A stretch of 36,995 nucleotides of DNA from Octopus bimaculoides (Eukaryota), in assembly GCF_001194135.2 (NCBI RefSeq), contig NC_069001.1:30918868-30955862 (forward strand), given 5' to 3'. The notes beneath the pieces are model-generated. The model was not told the origin of the DNA. It saw only the letters and a list, made by a program, of their open reading frames with translations, and made no database searches. The position numbers and the translations under genes were made by a program. Shown here piece by piece: positions 1 through 13,174 of the stretch (positions within the stretch are counted from its first letter, which is position 1; each line of letters opens with the position of its first letter).

Positions 1-41
1 ATATATATATATATATATCGGTAGATAGTGAGATATAGTTA

Positions 42-81
<40 letters not shown>

Positions 82-90
82 TATATATTA
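1..90. repeat. Compound (TA)n/(TG)n microsatellite
   Basis: Direct dinucleotide runs. Confidence 0.9.
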
Positions 91-830
91 GACGGTATGT
101 CCTATAATTCTTCGTTATCTTGTTGCTGATGCACCTGACACTATCGGTTATAATATTATATATTGTATGTAAATATTATATCGACTCCAACGAGAAAAAA
201 AAATCAGTCTATGATGATTGTGTATGTAATATCAAGTTCTGTTTCAGCATCAATAACCAGTTTCATATAGATATCTGTGGCAATGTATAGAACTTCACTG
301 GATGATCTCTTATTGATTCTCACTGTGGTAATCTACAATACAATGTCAGAATACTTTGCTGAGAATTGCAAAAAGAAAAAAAAAAAACGTTTGCATTGGA
401 TTCGAATTTAAGATCCAAGTTGAGATAAACCGCCATCATGATACGCTTTGTAATTTCGCTTGTAAAGCCTTTTTTTTTTTTTTTTTACTTATAATCTTAC
501 GCATGGTCGAATATGAAAGCGGAAAGAAGTAAAATATATTTCTTAGTGATATAAACACACTGATGATATTTACCACAGTTTTTGATATTTGCAGCTGAGT
601 AGATAGAATCTAGTTTTCTCTTTGTTGGACTCTTCTACTTATTGTACCTGGCTACATTAAGAAACATAACGATATTGTTGATGTTGTTGTTACTTTCGTT
701 GAATAGCACCGTGTGGACTCTGTCATAGAATATCTTTGGTATGAGTCTAGTACGTCCCACGGAGGCATGTTTGTAGTCATAACCTATAAGCGTCTATCTG
801 GACAATTACAGTGCGTATATTATAAGGACA

Positions 831-940
831 GACATGGTTGTGTATATCTGGGAAGATATTTCTGCTATAACTCCGAGCTAACCAATACCTTGTGAGTCAA
901 CTTTCATTGACGGGAAATATGTATAAAACCGTCGTATATA

Positions 941-945
<5 letters not shown>
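831..945 (+). mobile_element. Degenerate 5' half of tRNA-derived SINE (family Y here)
   Basis: tctgctataactccgagctaaccaataccttgtgag...aaccgtcgtatatat aligns by eye with the better copies at 13791-13910 and 3024-3163 (reverse); followed by the family's internal microsatellite. Confidence 0.45.
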
Positions 946-1001
<56 letters not shown>

Positions 1002-1024
1002 ATATATATATATATATATATATT
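945..1024. repeat. (TG)n(TA)n microsatellite
   Basis: Direct runs. Confidence 0.95.
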
Positions 1025-2062
1025 TGATTATCAATATAACATATATTGGTGCAATTTAGTGTCATTATCATATAGTCTCTATGACTGTTTAGGAGGCTTA
1101 CGTCATCTGTTACATTTTTATATGATTCACATAAATTTGTGAAATGCTCTTTCTTTCTCCCTTCTTCACATTTATTGTCTGTAGAGCTATGATGCTGAAA
1201 AACGAAATGGAACTTATACATCCAGTTAATAGCACAGTCGGTGATTTAGTTGCATTTTCTGTGCTGCGGTATAGCTGAGTCAGATGACAGAAGATGTTGA
1301 TGATTAAGGTCGTTCAATCTGAATTATGACCAGAAATGACACAGTCGTGACTCTCATACGGTCTTTAAAGATGTTGAAGCTTACGGTATCGAGGATTACA
1401 ATATCGAACATATGTCAATGCTTTCTGGTGTAGAATAATTACTAGAAAATGATTTGACTACGATTGCCAATACATCACTCATCACTGTCAATCTTGAATA
1501 TCTGAATGTGAATAGATTCTAGTAGTGTCGGCAACAAACAACATCAAGGGAACATTCAAGATTGAATTAACCACAAATGAAAGGAACCCGGTTCCCATTC
1601 CCTTATATGACACTTGTGTCCTGTGAGATTTGAGAAAGATTCGGTTGCTATTTTTATCATTTGACGAAAATACATAAAGCTACAGCCAGCTGCTTCGCTG
1701 GTTCATTCAAGTTATTTAGTGCAGCATTTATAACATTTTCTGTGAACTTAAACTGCCATATTTTCTCATTCCTCAATAATTGAAAATCTTGCTAAAATCG
1801 CACCAAATCGCAAAATAAATGAATAAAGAAAAATGCACAGACAGGTAGAAATATGAATAAATGATACAAAATAACACAAACACAAACATTAATAAAAAAA
1901 AAACGGAACAACAGAAATATTACATCAAAACAAAACATACACCTCACACACTACACATAACAAAAGATATAAAATAATAAAAAAAACTATTTGAACCAAA
2001 ACTTAAAGCGAAAAAACGACAAAAATTTACAATTACTCATGTTGACAGAACTACACACACAT

Positions 2063-2063
<1 letters not shown>

Positions 2064-2098
<35 letters not shown>

Positions 2099-2354
2099 GC
2101 AATAATAGTATTGATCTTGCTACTGTAAACATTAACTATAGAAACACGACTACTACTACTACTACTAAACACGACAAAAATAGCAAAAGCAACAACAACA
2201 ATAATAGCAATAATAAAAATAATAATAATAGTAATAATGATAATAATAATAATATATAATAATGATGTTATCAATAATGATAGCCATAATAATAATAATG
2301 GTGATTACGATAATATTACCATAAATCAAAAATAAGAATAATAATGAGAATAAC

Positions 2355-2396
<42 letters not shown>
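2064..2396. repeat. Compound (AAT)n/(ACT)n/(AAC)n trinucleotide tract
   Basis: Direct runs; source of the poly-Ile/Tyr pseudo-ORFs. Confidence 0.9.
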
Positions 2397-2398
<2 letters not shown>

Positions 2399-2752
2399 AA
2401 ATACTTGTAATAGTTATAATAGAAAAAAAAACAAATAAACTAGGCAAAATGGAAGAAACTCAAACACAAATCAAATGAAAATACAATTTTCCCATGTTGA
2501 CAGTTATATTAAATTTTAATGTCAGTTAATAACAATTAATTCAATTTCAAATTGAAATAGACAACATTTTTTTTTGTTGCGCTTTTTCTTTGTGACGATG
2601 CAGTTGGGTTTTGCTTTTGCTAAAAAGATTTTATGAAAAGTACTTATTCGTTTGTTGTCATTTGGCCGCCGATTTCTTTGTGTTTAAATATATGTAAATG
2701 TGTGTACGTATATATATATCTGTGTCGGAGGACGGTAGTTATGTGTGTGTGC

Positions 2753-2797
<45 letters not shown>

Positions 2798-2817
2798 CGT
2801 ATTATTTTATTCATTTA

Positions 2818-2980
2818 TTTGTTTCAGCATCTTAGCCGAACACATCGACCCCAAACCTTATTCTTTGTAGGCCTAGTACTTATCCTATCGGTCTCATTTG
2901 CCAAACAGCTAGACTACAGGGACGTAAACACACCATCATCGGTTGTCAAGCGATGTTGGGGGGACAGACACAGACATACA

Positions 2981-3024
<44 letters not shown>

Positions 3025-3163
3025 ACGGTCTTCTTTCCGTTTCCGACTACCAAATCCACTCATAAGGTTTTGGTCGGCCCAAGGCTATAGCACTTGTCAT
3101 TTGGCCAAGGTGCCACATAGTAGGACTGAACTCAGAACCAATGGTCCGTAAGCAAGCTACTTA
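2818..3163 (-). mobile_element. Near full-length tRNA-derived SINE (family Y) with internal (TA)n
   Basis: Reverse strand: head aagtagcttgctt...ggttctgagttcagtcc (B-box-like), body to gaagaccgtc, (TA)n at 2984-3022, then the 3' half gtttgtatgtctgtgtctgtccccccaacatcgcttgacaacc...gctgaaaca. Halves match 13791-13910, 19490-19623, 5112-5290, 31028-31230. Confidence 0.8.
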
Positions 3164-3261
3164 GTACACATCTATATGAGTATATATATACCCACATAAA
3201 TATATAAGCACATATAGATACACACAAATATGTGAGTGCATATATGTGTGTGTACATATAT

Positions 3262-3419
3262 ATACATATATATATATGTTTGTATATATATATATATATA
3301 TATATATGTTTGTATATATATATATATATATATATATNNNNNNNNNNTATATATATATGTTTGTATATATATATATATATATATATATGTTTGTATATAT
3401 ATATATATATATATATGTT

Positions 3420-3453
<34 letters not shown>
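3262..3453. repeat. Higher-order repeat of (TA)n blocks punctuated by GTTTG (interrupted by a gap)
   Basis: Four atgtttgtatatat... units. Confidence 0.85.
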
Positions 3454-3457
<4 letters not shown>

Positions 3458-3864
3458 TTTGCTTGTATGCATAGACACTCTGACTACATTTTATGCTGTA
3501 TGTGCACTCGTTTCTATAATTTCACACACCGATGCCATTCCAGTACCTGTTTGTTCCTTGTCAATCATTAAAAATGACATGAAACAATTGCATCAAATAA
3601 TTTTTCTTGTGTCTTATTTATTCACTCTTACGTTTGTTTATGTAATTATATAACTATTTAATTGAATATTTATTTTAACATATATTTATATATTTACTTT
3701 TGATGGCGATTGCTCTTTTAATGTGTTGGTTTTGTTAGATTTATTGCTAATAGTCATCACGAATATCATCATCATCGTTATCGTCGTATTCGTGACAATA
3801 CTTATCGACTCTATCATCTTTATCATAACCATTATCATCATCGCCGTAGTCGATTTTGCCTTTC

Positions 3865-3945
3865 ATCCTTTCAGGTGGATGCAATAAGTACCTCTCAAGG
3901 TAACAGTGTTGTTCTGGAGTCGATGTAATCGACTTACGGCATCAC
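3865..3945 (+). mobile_element. Degenerate core fragment of SINE family X
   Basis: catcctttcaggtggatgcaataagtacc...ggagtcgatgtaatcgactta resembles the core of 14685-14910 and 24700-24935. Confidence 0.5.
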
Positions 3946-4113
3946 TTGGAACTGCACACATATTGCGTAAACTACTGCCTGTCTGACGGCCTTCTTGTGA
4001 TTTAACAGACAGTACAAACCCCCGGTAGATACAATAACTTCAGTCAACAACATGATATTCGATACTGTGCGACGTCTTAAATAACAACAACAACAACAAT
4101 AATAATAATAATA

Positions 4114-4304
4114 ATACAGAAAATTGCACTACCGGGCACACATACAGAAAATTGCACTACTGGGCACAGCACACATCCTACGCAAAACACTTTCAATACA
4201 GTAACCATAAGAGCACCACAGCAAACCACAGCACATACCCAAGGCGCACAGAGCTGCGCTCGGTAGTGAAGTGAAAGCACGTTATAAAAATAAAACTACT
4301 GAAC
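4114..4304 (+). mobile_element. 5'-truncated R4/Dong-clade (RLE) non-LTR retrotransposon 3' end
   Basis: 4142-4204 translates IQKIALLGTAHILRKTLSIQ*, the typical C-terminus of R4/Dong/Rex6 ORFs; about 100 bp of 3' UTR; (AAT)n on both sides; 28-bp duplication at the 5' junction. Confidence 0.8.
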
Positions 4305-4989
4305 AATAATAATAAATATAATTATATATGTTGTTTGCAACATCTAATTTGTCAGTCTGAGACCTGTAACTGACTTCATTATATTACGTTGCCTATATGT
4401 TTTACATTATTTAATTTTATACCATATAATATTATGCAGCTGAATCTCACAAACGATATAGTCTTCGGCATTAATCATCTCCAAATTGAGACAACACTGA
4501 AATAGACGTTCTTCGTTGTGGTAGTCATTAAAAATCAATTACATAGATAATAACAACTGTCGATTATTTTTTTTTTTTTATATAATGAAATTAGCTGCTT
4601 TAATGTAATTCTAATTCCAGAACCAATTTGTTCGATTTTTTAGTTAATTCCTAACACATACACAGACAGAGTCACTGATTGTTAAATATTACATAAAACA
4701 ATGTGGCGGAGTTCTTTTATTCTAATTAGAATCAAAGGTAGTGGAACAGAGTGGGTATCACTCTATTTCAGCATGCATTGGGAGATTAGAAACAGACAAA
4801 ATATACATGCACAAATTCAGTTGTACATAGGTATATATCTGTATACAGGTGCGTATATACGCACACGTTGCGTATGCGTGTGTAGCATGTTTTCTACGAA
4901 TAACGTTTGACTGTCGGTTAATTTCGTTAGTGTTTATTGTGGTTATCCTATTGTGGTTACCGTAGTGTTTATATTGGCTGTCCTATCTA

Positions 4990-4990
<1 letters not shown>

Positions 4991-5049
<59 letters not shown>
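4991..5049. repeat. (TA)n microsatellite
   Basis: Direct run. Confidence 0.95.
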
Positions 5050-5053
<4 letters not shown>

Positions 5054-5111
5054 AGCAAGTGTATATATGTATTTATATACACATATAAGTTTTTCCTACT
5101 GTTTCTATTAT

Positions 5112-5290
5112 TATTTGAGTCATTTGACAGTGGCCATGCTGCAGCATTTCGTCGAACAAATTGACCCCAAGATTTATACTTAGTAAGCCTAGTTCTTATT
5201 CTATCGGTATCTTTTGGCGAATCGCTAAGTTACGGCAATATGAACACATCAATCAGGGCTGTCAAGTGATGGTGGGGGGACAAACACAGG
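5112..5290 (-). mobile_element. 3' half of SINE family Y, abutting (CA)n at 5291-5422
   Basis: gagtcatttgacagtggccatgctgcagca...gtcaagtgatggtgggggacaaacacag matches 2818-2983. Confidence 0.75.
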
Positions 5291-6058
5291 CACACACACT
5301 CACACACACGCACTAACACACACACACACTCACTCACTCACACACACACACACACACACTCACACACACACACACACTAACACACACACACACACTCACT
5401 CGCTCACTCACTCACACTCACAACCACGCCTACGTTTGTGTGGGTATGAATATGTCTGATTTATTTGGCACAGAATAATGAATGATAATATATGTATACG
5501 TCAGTGAGCCTCGGATAGCGAGATCAAATGCAGACTACTCTCAACCTTTATAAGAAGAATCAAGTGTCATAAGATGTGTAACGACTCGTCCTACTTAATA
5601 TAATGATATGAAGTAGACATAATAACATGCTTCCTTCTCGAAATCAACACTTGTATTACATCCAATATATTTACGGCATTTAACAGATTAGAAAGAGGTA
5701 AAATGTATACGTGTGGATATATATGTGTATATGTAGAGTCATTCCCGTTAGCTTTCTATGAATTAGTTTTGAATTAAGAATGTGTATTCCTATCACCATG
5801 TTGTGTTTTGTAATATCGTTAGTGGTTATTATACACGGTCTGACAAAATATCCATACATACAAACATACGTACATACAGACACTCACATAGTTACATATA
5901 GGCATGTATATACATGTTGATGTACACAACATACACACTTATGTATGTATACTTATACTTAATATCAGTAAAGTTATACATATACATACACATATACATA
6001 CACATATACACACATACATATATATATATATCTATATATGCATGTCCATGTGGATATG

Positions 6059-6061
<3 letters not shown>

Positions 6062-6140
<79 letters not shown>
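6062..6140. repeat. (TA)n microsatellite within a TA/CA-rich field (about 5860-6310)
   Basis: Direct run. Confidence 0.95.
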
Positions 6141-6141
<1 letters not shown>

Positions 6142-6609
6142 GATTACACACACACACACACATGCATATATACAGATATACTTGCATACGCGCACATGTA
6201 TATTTTCTTTACATGTCTAGGTCTGTCTGTCTGTCTCTCTCTATATATACACATATATATATGTATATATATGCATATATATAAACATGAGTGTATGTAT
6301 GTGTGTCTGTGAGCAAATGTGTTTGTCTCTGTGTTGTGTGCGTGTGTGTAAAATGCAGGTGTTCGTATAGGAATTCGATTTGTTCCTCACACCCGAGATA
6401 AATTGATTAACAGGAGAAAATTCAATTAAAAGTTTATATAAATCCGAAACACAATATTAAGGAGAATTATAACCGCGGGCTTAAACAGAGCTGTTGGCCA
6501 ATCATAATGAAATCTCACATAAATATAACACATCACTAATAAACATTCACAAATATTGAAAATATATATACCTGACCATAGCTATGTTTTCTGAGTAATT
6601 TATAGTATG

Positions 6610-6642
<33 letters not shown>

Positions 6643-6911
6643 ATGTATGTATTCCTAGAACCTGATCGATATCACGTTTATCGTATCGTGATTCTTCCTT
6701 TGATATGCCCTGAAATCACTCTGTGTTTATGTTAGCTTTTATTAGGTGTCCCTCAACGGAACTTATTCTAAATGGAGGGACACGACTATGTAAATATGTA
6801 AACATTTCGTCGTTTCTGTCAACATATAAAATGGATAGTGTAAACACGATGAATTAGTATATGTACACAGCAATTTAGTTTGTTTTACCTAAAAACAGGT
6901 ATGCCTGCCTC

Positions 6912-6913
<2 letters not shown>

Positions 6914-6956
<43 letters not shown>

Positions 6957-7130
6957 GTATATATATATATATACATATACATACATATGTGTGTGTATAC
7001 ATATATATATGCGTGTATATATATGAATGTATATATATATATATATGTATGTATATGTGTATATACACCCACATATATATATGTATATATGCATATGTAA
7101 ATGTAATTGTGTGTGTATGTGTGTGTGTTT
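6914..7130. repeat. (CA)n plus degenerate TA/TG microsatellite
   Basis: Direct runs. Confidence 0.9.
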
Positions 7131-7661
7131 GCATGTATTGTGTCTGTGCGTAGAGAGATCGAGATGGAGGGAGTGAGAAAGAAAGAGAGAGAGAAAGAGC
7201 GAGAAGGGGTTTAGTTATATGTTGTAAAGTAACACGCCTTCTATTTATCATGTGTATATTCAACAATTAACTTCAAGGTACAAAAGTGAATCAATTCCGT
7301 AATTGGTAGACATCATATGAAATAATATTTCCCACCGATTCTTAATGAAAAAGGCATGCAACTTTTACCATATCAAACATCGTGCCTACATGCTAGCATG
7401 ATATAAACTCATTTATTTTCCAGTCAGCACACATTTTGCAGCCTCGGAAGACTAATCTACATTTGCCATTACTTGCGATTCTGATAACAAAAATGCTATA
7501 AATTTCGTACCCTAATTTCGTTATACAATGATTTCACTAGTAGCTGAATGAAGAAATGTCTTAGGTTGAATTCGATCGAGGTGTTTCTCTTTGCTAGCGT
7601 TTATTAACTGCTAAATTTTTCAGACGATATCTGTGTGCGTGTGCGTGTGCGCGTGTGTATG

Positions 7662-7699
<38 letters not shown>

Positions 7700-8069
7700 C
7701 GTGTAATTCACATACATTTGCCTGTAATTTGTGTCAAAATTTGAGACGGTTATCAGTGAAGGAGAAAGCATTTATGGGAGTGTGTATTTCTCTCTTACAC
7801 ACACACACGTATACATAAATACACACACACACACACNNNNNNNNNNNNNNNNNNNNNNNNNNNNNNNNNNNNNNNNNNNNNNNNNNNNNNNNNNNNNNNN
7901 NNNNNNNNNNNNNNNNNNNNNNNNNNNNNNNNNNNNNNNNNNNNNNNNNNNNNNNNNNNNNNNNNNNNNNNNNNNNNNNNNNNNNNNNNNNNNNNNNNNN
8001 NNNNNNNNNNNNNNNNNNNNNNNNNNNNNNNNCGATATCTGTGTGCGTGTGCGTGTGCGCGTGTGTATG

Positions 8070-8100
<31 letters not shown>

Positions 8101-8957
8101 ATGTGTATAGTTTGTGTTTTTATTATAGCTTCGACATAGAAATTCCTCCCGCAAGACTGTACTTGAGGCTAAGAATGAAGTGAAATCCTCAAGATCAAGC
8201 TGAAATTAAATAAGTTCGAACCCGTAACAATCCGGTTCCAGCACGAACTTATTCACCACTTATCTATACAGCCATATCCACATTCACTTAACCTCCAGTG
8301 ATGTTAAACTTATGTCCCGTTGTTCAGATTCAGCTTTCGTGTGTTTCTAAATTATTCCACTAAACTCCGATGTTGTGAATACAGAAACCATATGTTGAAG
8401 ATTGAATTACATGAAGTCAACGTCATTAACTAGTTTTTATTATCTCGCAACGTCGTCTCAGCGCCTGTGAAATTTATGATGAATTTATACCCTAGATTTT
8501 GCGTGCAAATGGTATGAATCAAGTTTCTATTGATTAAAATAATGGAAACTTTATGTTATAGCAAAACGAAAATGTTTCAAACGATGTTTTGTAATGCACA
8601 CATTAAATCAGACAATTTGTGAACGTGAATGAAACATGAACTGGAGAGCTTCTCGATTACTGCGAACCATTCAACACAAAATCAGTTGTGTATATTTATA
8701 TAGACGTGTGTATGTGTATATACGTTTCTGTATATATGTATATATAAAGGTAAATTTCCAAATTTTGGTTGGTAGACATATAGAATCTAAGTGGGTAGCG
8801 TCGTAGCTTTTACCGGTGAATAAAGCTGGTTAACCCCCTTGCGTGTGTATAAAAAACTTCCATTTAGTTTCATTTGCTAACCTCTATCGTCACATCCATA
8901 AATCTATATGTCTCTGGAGAGATTGCATGTTTTCGATAGAGAAAATAATGAATTTAA

Positions 8958-8989
<32 letters not shown>

Positions 8990-9000
8990 ATAAATAAGTG

Positions 9001-9078
9001 CGCTCTTTTAAAGCCTAGTAAGGCTCATGGGCCCGGTTTCCCCGGTTTCAATGGCGTATGTGTTCCCCAGCTGGATGG
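9001..9078 (-). mobile_element. 3' end of a third SINE family, truncated by an assembly gap
   Basis: aagcctagtaaggctcatgggcccggtttcccggtttcaatggcgtatgtgttccccagctgg recalled as the tail of an abundant octopus tRNA-derived SINE; no second copy here to confirm. Confidence 0.45.
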
Positions 9079-9459
9079 NNNNNNNNNNNNNNNNNNNNNN
9101 NNNNNNNNNNNNNNNNNNNNNNNNNNNNNNNNNNNNNNNNNNNNNNNNNNNNNNNNNNNNNNNNNNNNNNNNNNNNNNNNNNNNNNNNNNNNNNNNNNNN
9201 NNNNNNNNNNNNNNNNNNNNNNNNNNNNNNNNNNNNNNNNNNNNNNNNNNNNNNNNNNNNNNNNNNNNNNNNNNNNNNNNNNNNNNNNNNNNNNNNNNNN
9301 NNNNNNNNNNNNNNNNNNNNNNNNNNNNNNNNNNNNNNNNNNNNNNNNNNNNNNNNNNNNNNNNNNNNNNNNNNNNNNNNNNNNNNNNNNNNNNNNNNNN
9401 NNNNNNNNNNNNNNNNNNNNNNNNNNNNNNNNNNNNNNNNNNNNNNNNNTATATATATA

Positions 9460-9655
9460 GTGAGAATTTACAACAACAAAAAACAAAAAGAAAAGATGGT
9501 GTGTAAATAACAAACACATGTATTAGTTTAACGCTCGAGAAACAAGAAAGTCTTTTACGTTTCGAGCCTACAGTCTTCAACAGAAAGAAACACAGAAATA
9601 AACAGGTAGAGAATATAAGAAAAGGGTTAGTGGCTAGCGATCTATCATGGCGAAT
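9460..9655 (-). mobile_element. Penelope-like element terminal-repeat fragment
   Basis: Contains a hammerhead-like motif and ends about 90 nt later in (TA)n; bounded by (TA)n and (TG)n. Confidence 0.5.
9551..9588 (-). ncRNA. Minimal type I hammerhead-like motif with variant core
   Basis: Reverse strand UCUUU-CUGUUGA-AGACUGUAGGCUC-GAAA-CGU-A/AAAGA: 5-bp helix I, palindromic ACGU helix III, GUA triplet; A6 is U. Confidence 0.5.
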
Positions 9656-10166
9656 GTGTGTGTGTGTGTGTGACCAGTATATGGCCTGGAAGGCCGTACA
9701 CTTTTACTCCGTCTGGTCAATATTGTGTAAGAGTCCCGTGTTGAACGCAACTGAGAAGCTTTAAGACAGATTTCTTACACGTGAACCATGTCCTCTTCAA
9801 TATTTTTTTTATCACTTACCCTTCAGAAGGAATTTATACTGTGTTGCAAAATATTCGTCGCAAGGCGAGCAAAATTGATATGGATACAGGAGCAAAGGGT
9901 TCGATACTCTATCGGAGAATAACAATTGAAAGAAATCCCTTGCTTTAGATGGGTATGGTTTCTGAAATCAAGGAGTCCTTAGATTCCCCCAAGACAGACG
10001 GCCCAACACCTTAGTCAATATTTTTTTCCTTTATGTAATGCTTTTAATTGTTATTTTCTTTTCCCTCGCGATCAAGTCAGCCTCATAAAGGTTTTGTAGA
10101 GGCGTTTTTATTTATACTATTCCGGGCACCTTTGAACAATTGTGATCAAGGGACGGATTGGCAGTT

Positions 10167-10694
10167 AGTCATCATCATCATTATTACTATTATTATTATT
10201 ATTATTATTATTACTATGATTATCAGCAGCGGCATCTTTATCGTTATATGTAGTTGTTATTGGTTTTTGCTCTAATACAAAAATTGATGATAATAATAAA
10301 TGATAGTGATGAAGATGATGCTGATAATAATAATGATGATAATAATAATAACACAATAACTATCATCATCATCATCACCGTCGTAGGTGTTGTAACATTA
10401 TCGTCTTCCACATCGTTGTCATCAATTTGGTTCTCTTGAGCTAATGCTAGGAATCATTACCCTTTGTCAACTTTGCAGCTTGGTAAAAACAGAAAAAAAA
10501 ACTCACTTTGCCGTCACCGCCATCATCGTCGTCGGCATCATCATCATCATCATGTTCATCATTGTCTTTGTATATTTTTTCTAATATTTTTCTCATTGTT
10601 GTTCCTAATATTTTCATTGTTGATTTTTGTTCGTGTTGTTGTGTTGTTGCTATTCTTCTCATCAACATCACCACCACCACCATCACTACAACCA

Positions 10695-10737
<43 letters not shown>

Positions 10738-10890
10738 TACTATCATTGTTATCATTATTATTATTATTATTACTATTATTATTATCATTATTATTATTAT
10801 TACTATTACTATTATTATCATTACTATTACTATTATTATCATCATCATCATTGGTCGATGTTATTACTATTATTAATATTATTATTATCC
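10167..10890. repeat. Compound (ATC)n/(ATT)n/(ATG)n trinucleotide arrays
   Basis: Direct runs; source of the poly-I/L/Y/H/N pseudo-ORFs. Confidence 0.9.
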
Positions 10891-11307
10891 TCATTATATG
10901 AAATGTTAGCAATGATAAAATTTTCCCTCGGTCGGCACAGCTATCATTCGAATTTATAGACGGCATTACCGTCCGCTGTTAATCCAACGTTATAAATCAT
11001 GACAGTTAAGCTATGATAAAGGAATAGCACTCGCCACATTATCTCGTTGATCTCCAAGACAATTGGACGTGTACAAATCATTCAGTTTGCTTCGTTATCT
11101 GTATTAAAGAGATTATGGGTTCATATTTCACCACAAGCCATGTCAGGTAGTCTCAGAGCAATAAAGCTTCTCCAACGTAAATTCCATTGCACTTTCACTA
11201 ATGATATACGTCGAGGTTGATGAAAGAGCCGAAGGTTTCTTGAAGCATTATCGCTAATATTACACTGCAAGCAAGCAAGCGAGCAACATCAGCATTGACA
11301 CGGTTGG

Positions 11308-11535
11308 ATGTATGTATGTATGTATGTATGTGTGTAAGTATGTATATATATATGTATATGCATGTATGTATGTATGTATGCATGTATGTATATATGTATA
11401 TATACCTGTATGTATGTAAGTATGTATATATGTATGTAAGTATGTATTTATGTATGTATATATGTATGTATGTATATATGTATGTATGTTAATATGTATG
11501 TATGTTAATATGTATGTATGTGTGTATGTATGTAT
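11308..11535. repeat. Degenerate (ATGT)n tetranucleotide array
   Basis: Direct runs. Confidence 0.9.
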
Positions 11536-12839
11536 ATATATATGCCTGTGTCTGTTTATGTGTGTGTATACATATGTATATAGCCATATATATGTTTTTG
11601 TTTGTATATAAATGTGTGTTTGTGCGCCTATAAATATAAAATAACCGGCGTTGTCACCCTTATATATGTGCATATGTGTGTGTATGTGCGTGCATATATA
11701 TACATATATAAATACATATATGTATATACATATGTATATGAATTGGTAGCGGCGTTTATGCAAGCAATGCCTCCCCTTTATCATCATCATCATCATCAAG
11801 TTGTCCTGCATCCATGATCACCGACTTAATGAATATCGCAAACGTACTATAACAAAAACAATCAGAGCAGAATAACCTACCACCACCACCACCACCATCG
11901 CAACAGCTTCCATTACCAACATTGTCACCACCATCACAACCATCACCACACTCAACACCATCACCACAACTGTTTACTCACAAATATTCTGTGAGTTTGC
12001 ATGACCACGTGACATGCTTCCAACGAAGGCAAGTTTTGGAATTACACGAAACTTCATATTAGACTACATAAAATAGCTCAACGTGGGTATTATATATTTA
12101 ATTTTCATGCTTAACACTCTATAGAATTATATTAATAGAAGGGAACCGAACTGCATATGTAACTTCTGCAGAGTTCCTTATTCTCCTCCTGGCCTTTCCA
12201 ACAATCGTTTCGTAAAGATCTTATTAGTAAGTGCAGTGATAACATCCATTGCATAAGGCAATGTATATAATTCTATGATCAAAAGATCTCTTTGACTATA
12301 GATTCCAACTGTAGAATAAATTATTAGGAGGCTGCATGTCACGTTCAAAAGTTAAATCCACGTGTAATTGCTTCCAATATGTCTTTCACAAATTGCAAAA
12401 CAATTTGGATTTAGAACGTCATCATTATTCCGAAATTGATCTCCTTGATATGACTAATAAAGTCAGATTCAATTTTCAGAGAATTAATTTATAGTCCAGC
12501 TTAATTTAATTCGTCATTAGTCGAAAGACACCTGTTGTTAATGTCTTTTATTTGCATTTGTGTACCATTTCTCCGTTTTCCGTCCTTAATTTCGTATACA
12601 TTAGCTGCTTTCTTTCAAGGAATCTAGTACTCTTAGCTTAGTTTTTCGATGAGGCTAGAAGCAAAGAAATTAAACTGGTAGACAATATAACTGTGCAATA
12701 AACTAAATCACGCTAAAAGACTATTTAAAAGAACCATCTATGTATCATACCTAATGTATACACCTCACTAACAGGCAAATTAATGTAGATCACATCCGAG
12801 ATAAAATCCTTTATGAATGTACTGTTTTAAAACACAAAA

Positions 12840-12960
12840 CAGTGGAACCTAGTTTACGAACTATTCTCATCACGGTTAAATCGGCTTTGGAACAATTTTT
12901 CGAACATAAAATGTCTTGAGTGATGAACACCATCTCGAATAACGAACATGCAAGACGAAT
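12840..12960 (+). mobile_element. TcMar-Tigger/pogo-like DNA transposon end remnant
   Basis: Starts CAGTGGAACCTAGTTTACGAAC followed by cgaac/acgaac-rich subterminal sequence, typical of Tigger-like TIR regions; no partner TIR seen. Confidence 0.45.
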
Positions 12961-13138
12961 AACGAATATGCACAATACCATCAATTTCGAGATGTGGTTA
13001 GACGATATGAATAGCATCAGAACTTGAATGCTGATCTANNNNNNNNNNNNNNNNNNNNNNNNNNNNNNNNNNNNNNNNNNNNNNNNNNNNNNNNNNNNNN
13101 NNNNNNNNNNNNNNNNNNNNNNNNNNNNNNNNNNNNNN

Positions 13139-13174
<36 letters not shown>

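Noticed and set aside
713-895. 60-aa ORF ending at a GTGAGT donor-like site
   Set aside because: Its 3' half is a degenerate SINE head that naturally contains ccttgtgagt; the peptide is unrecognisable.
1230-1620. Possible cadherin-like pseudogene (TSLITVNLEYLNVN)
   Set aside because: Stops in all frames and no DxD/DRE/DxNDN motifs; the resemblance is too weak to call.
7625-8100. Identical ~68-bp compound repeat on both sides of a gap (7625-7692 and 8033-8100)
   Set aside because: Most likely a scaffolding overlap artefact; mostly simple sequence.
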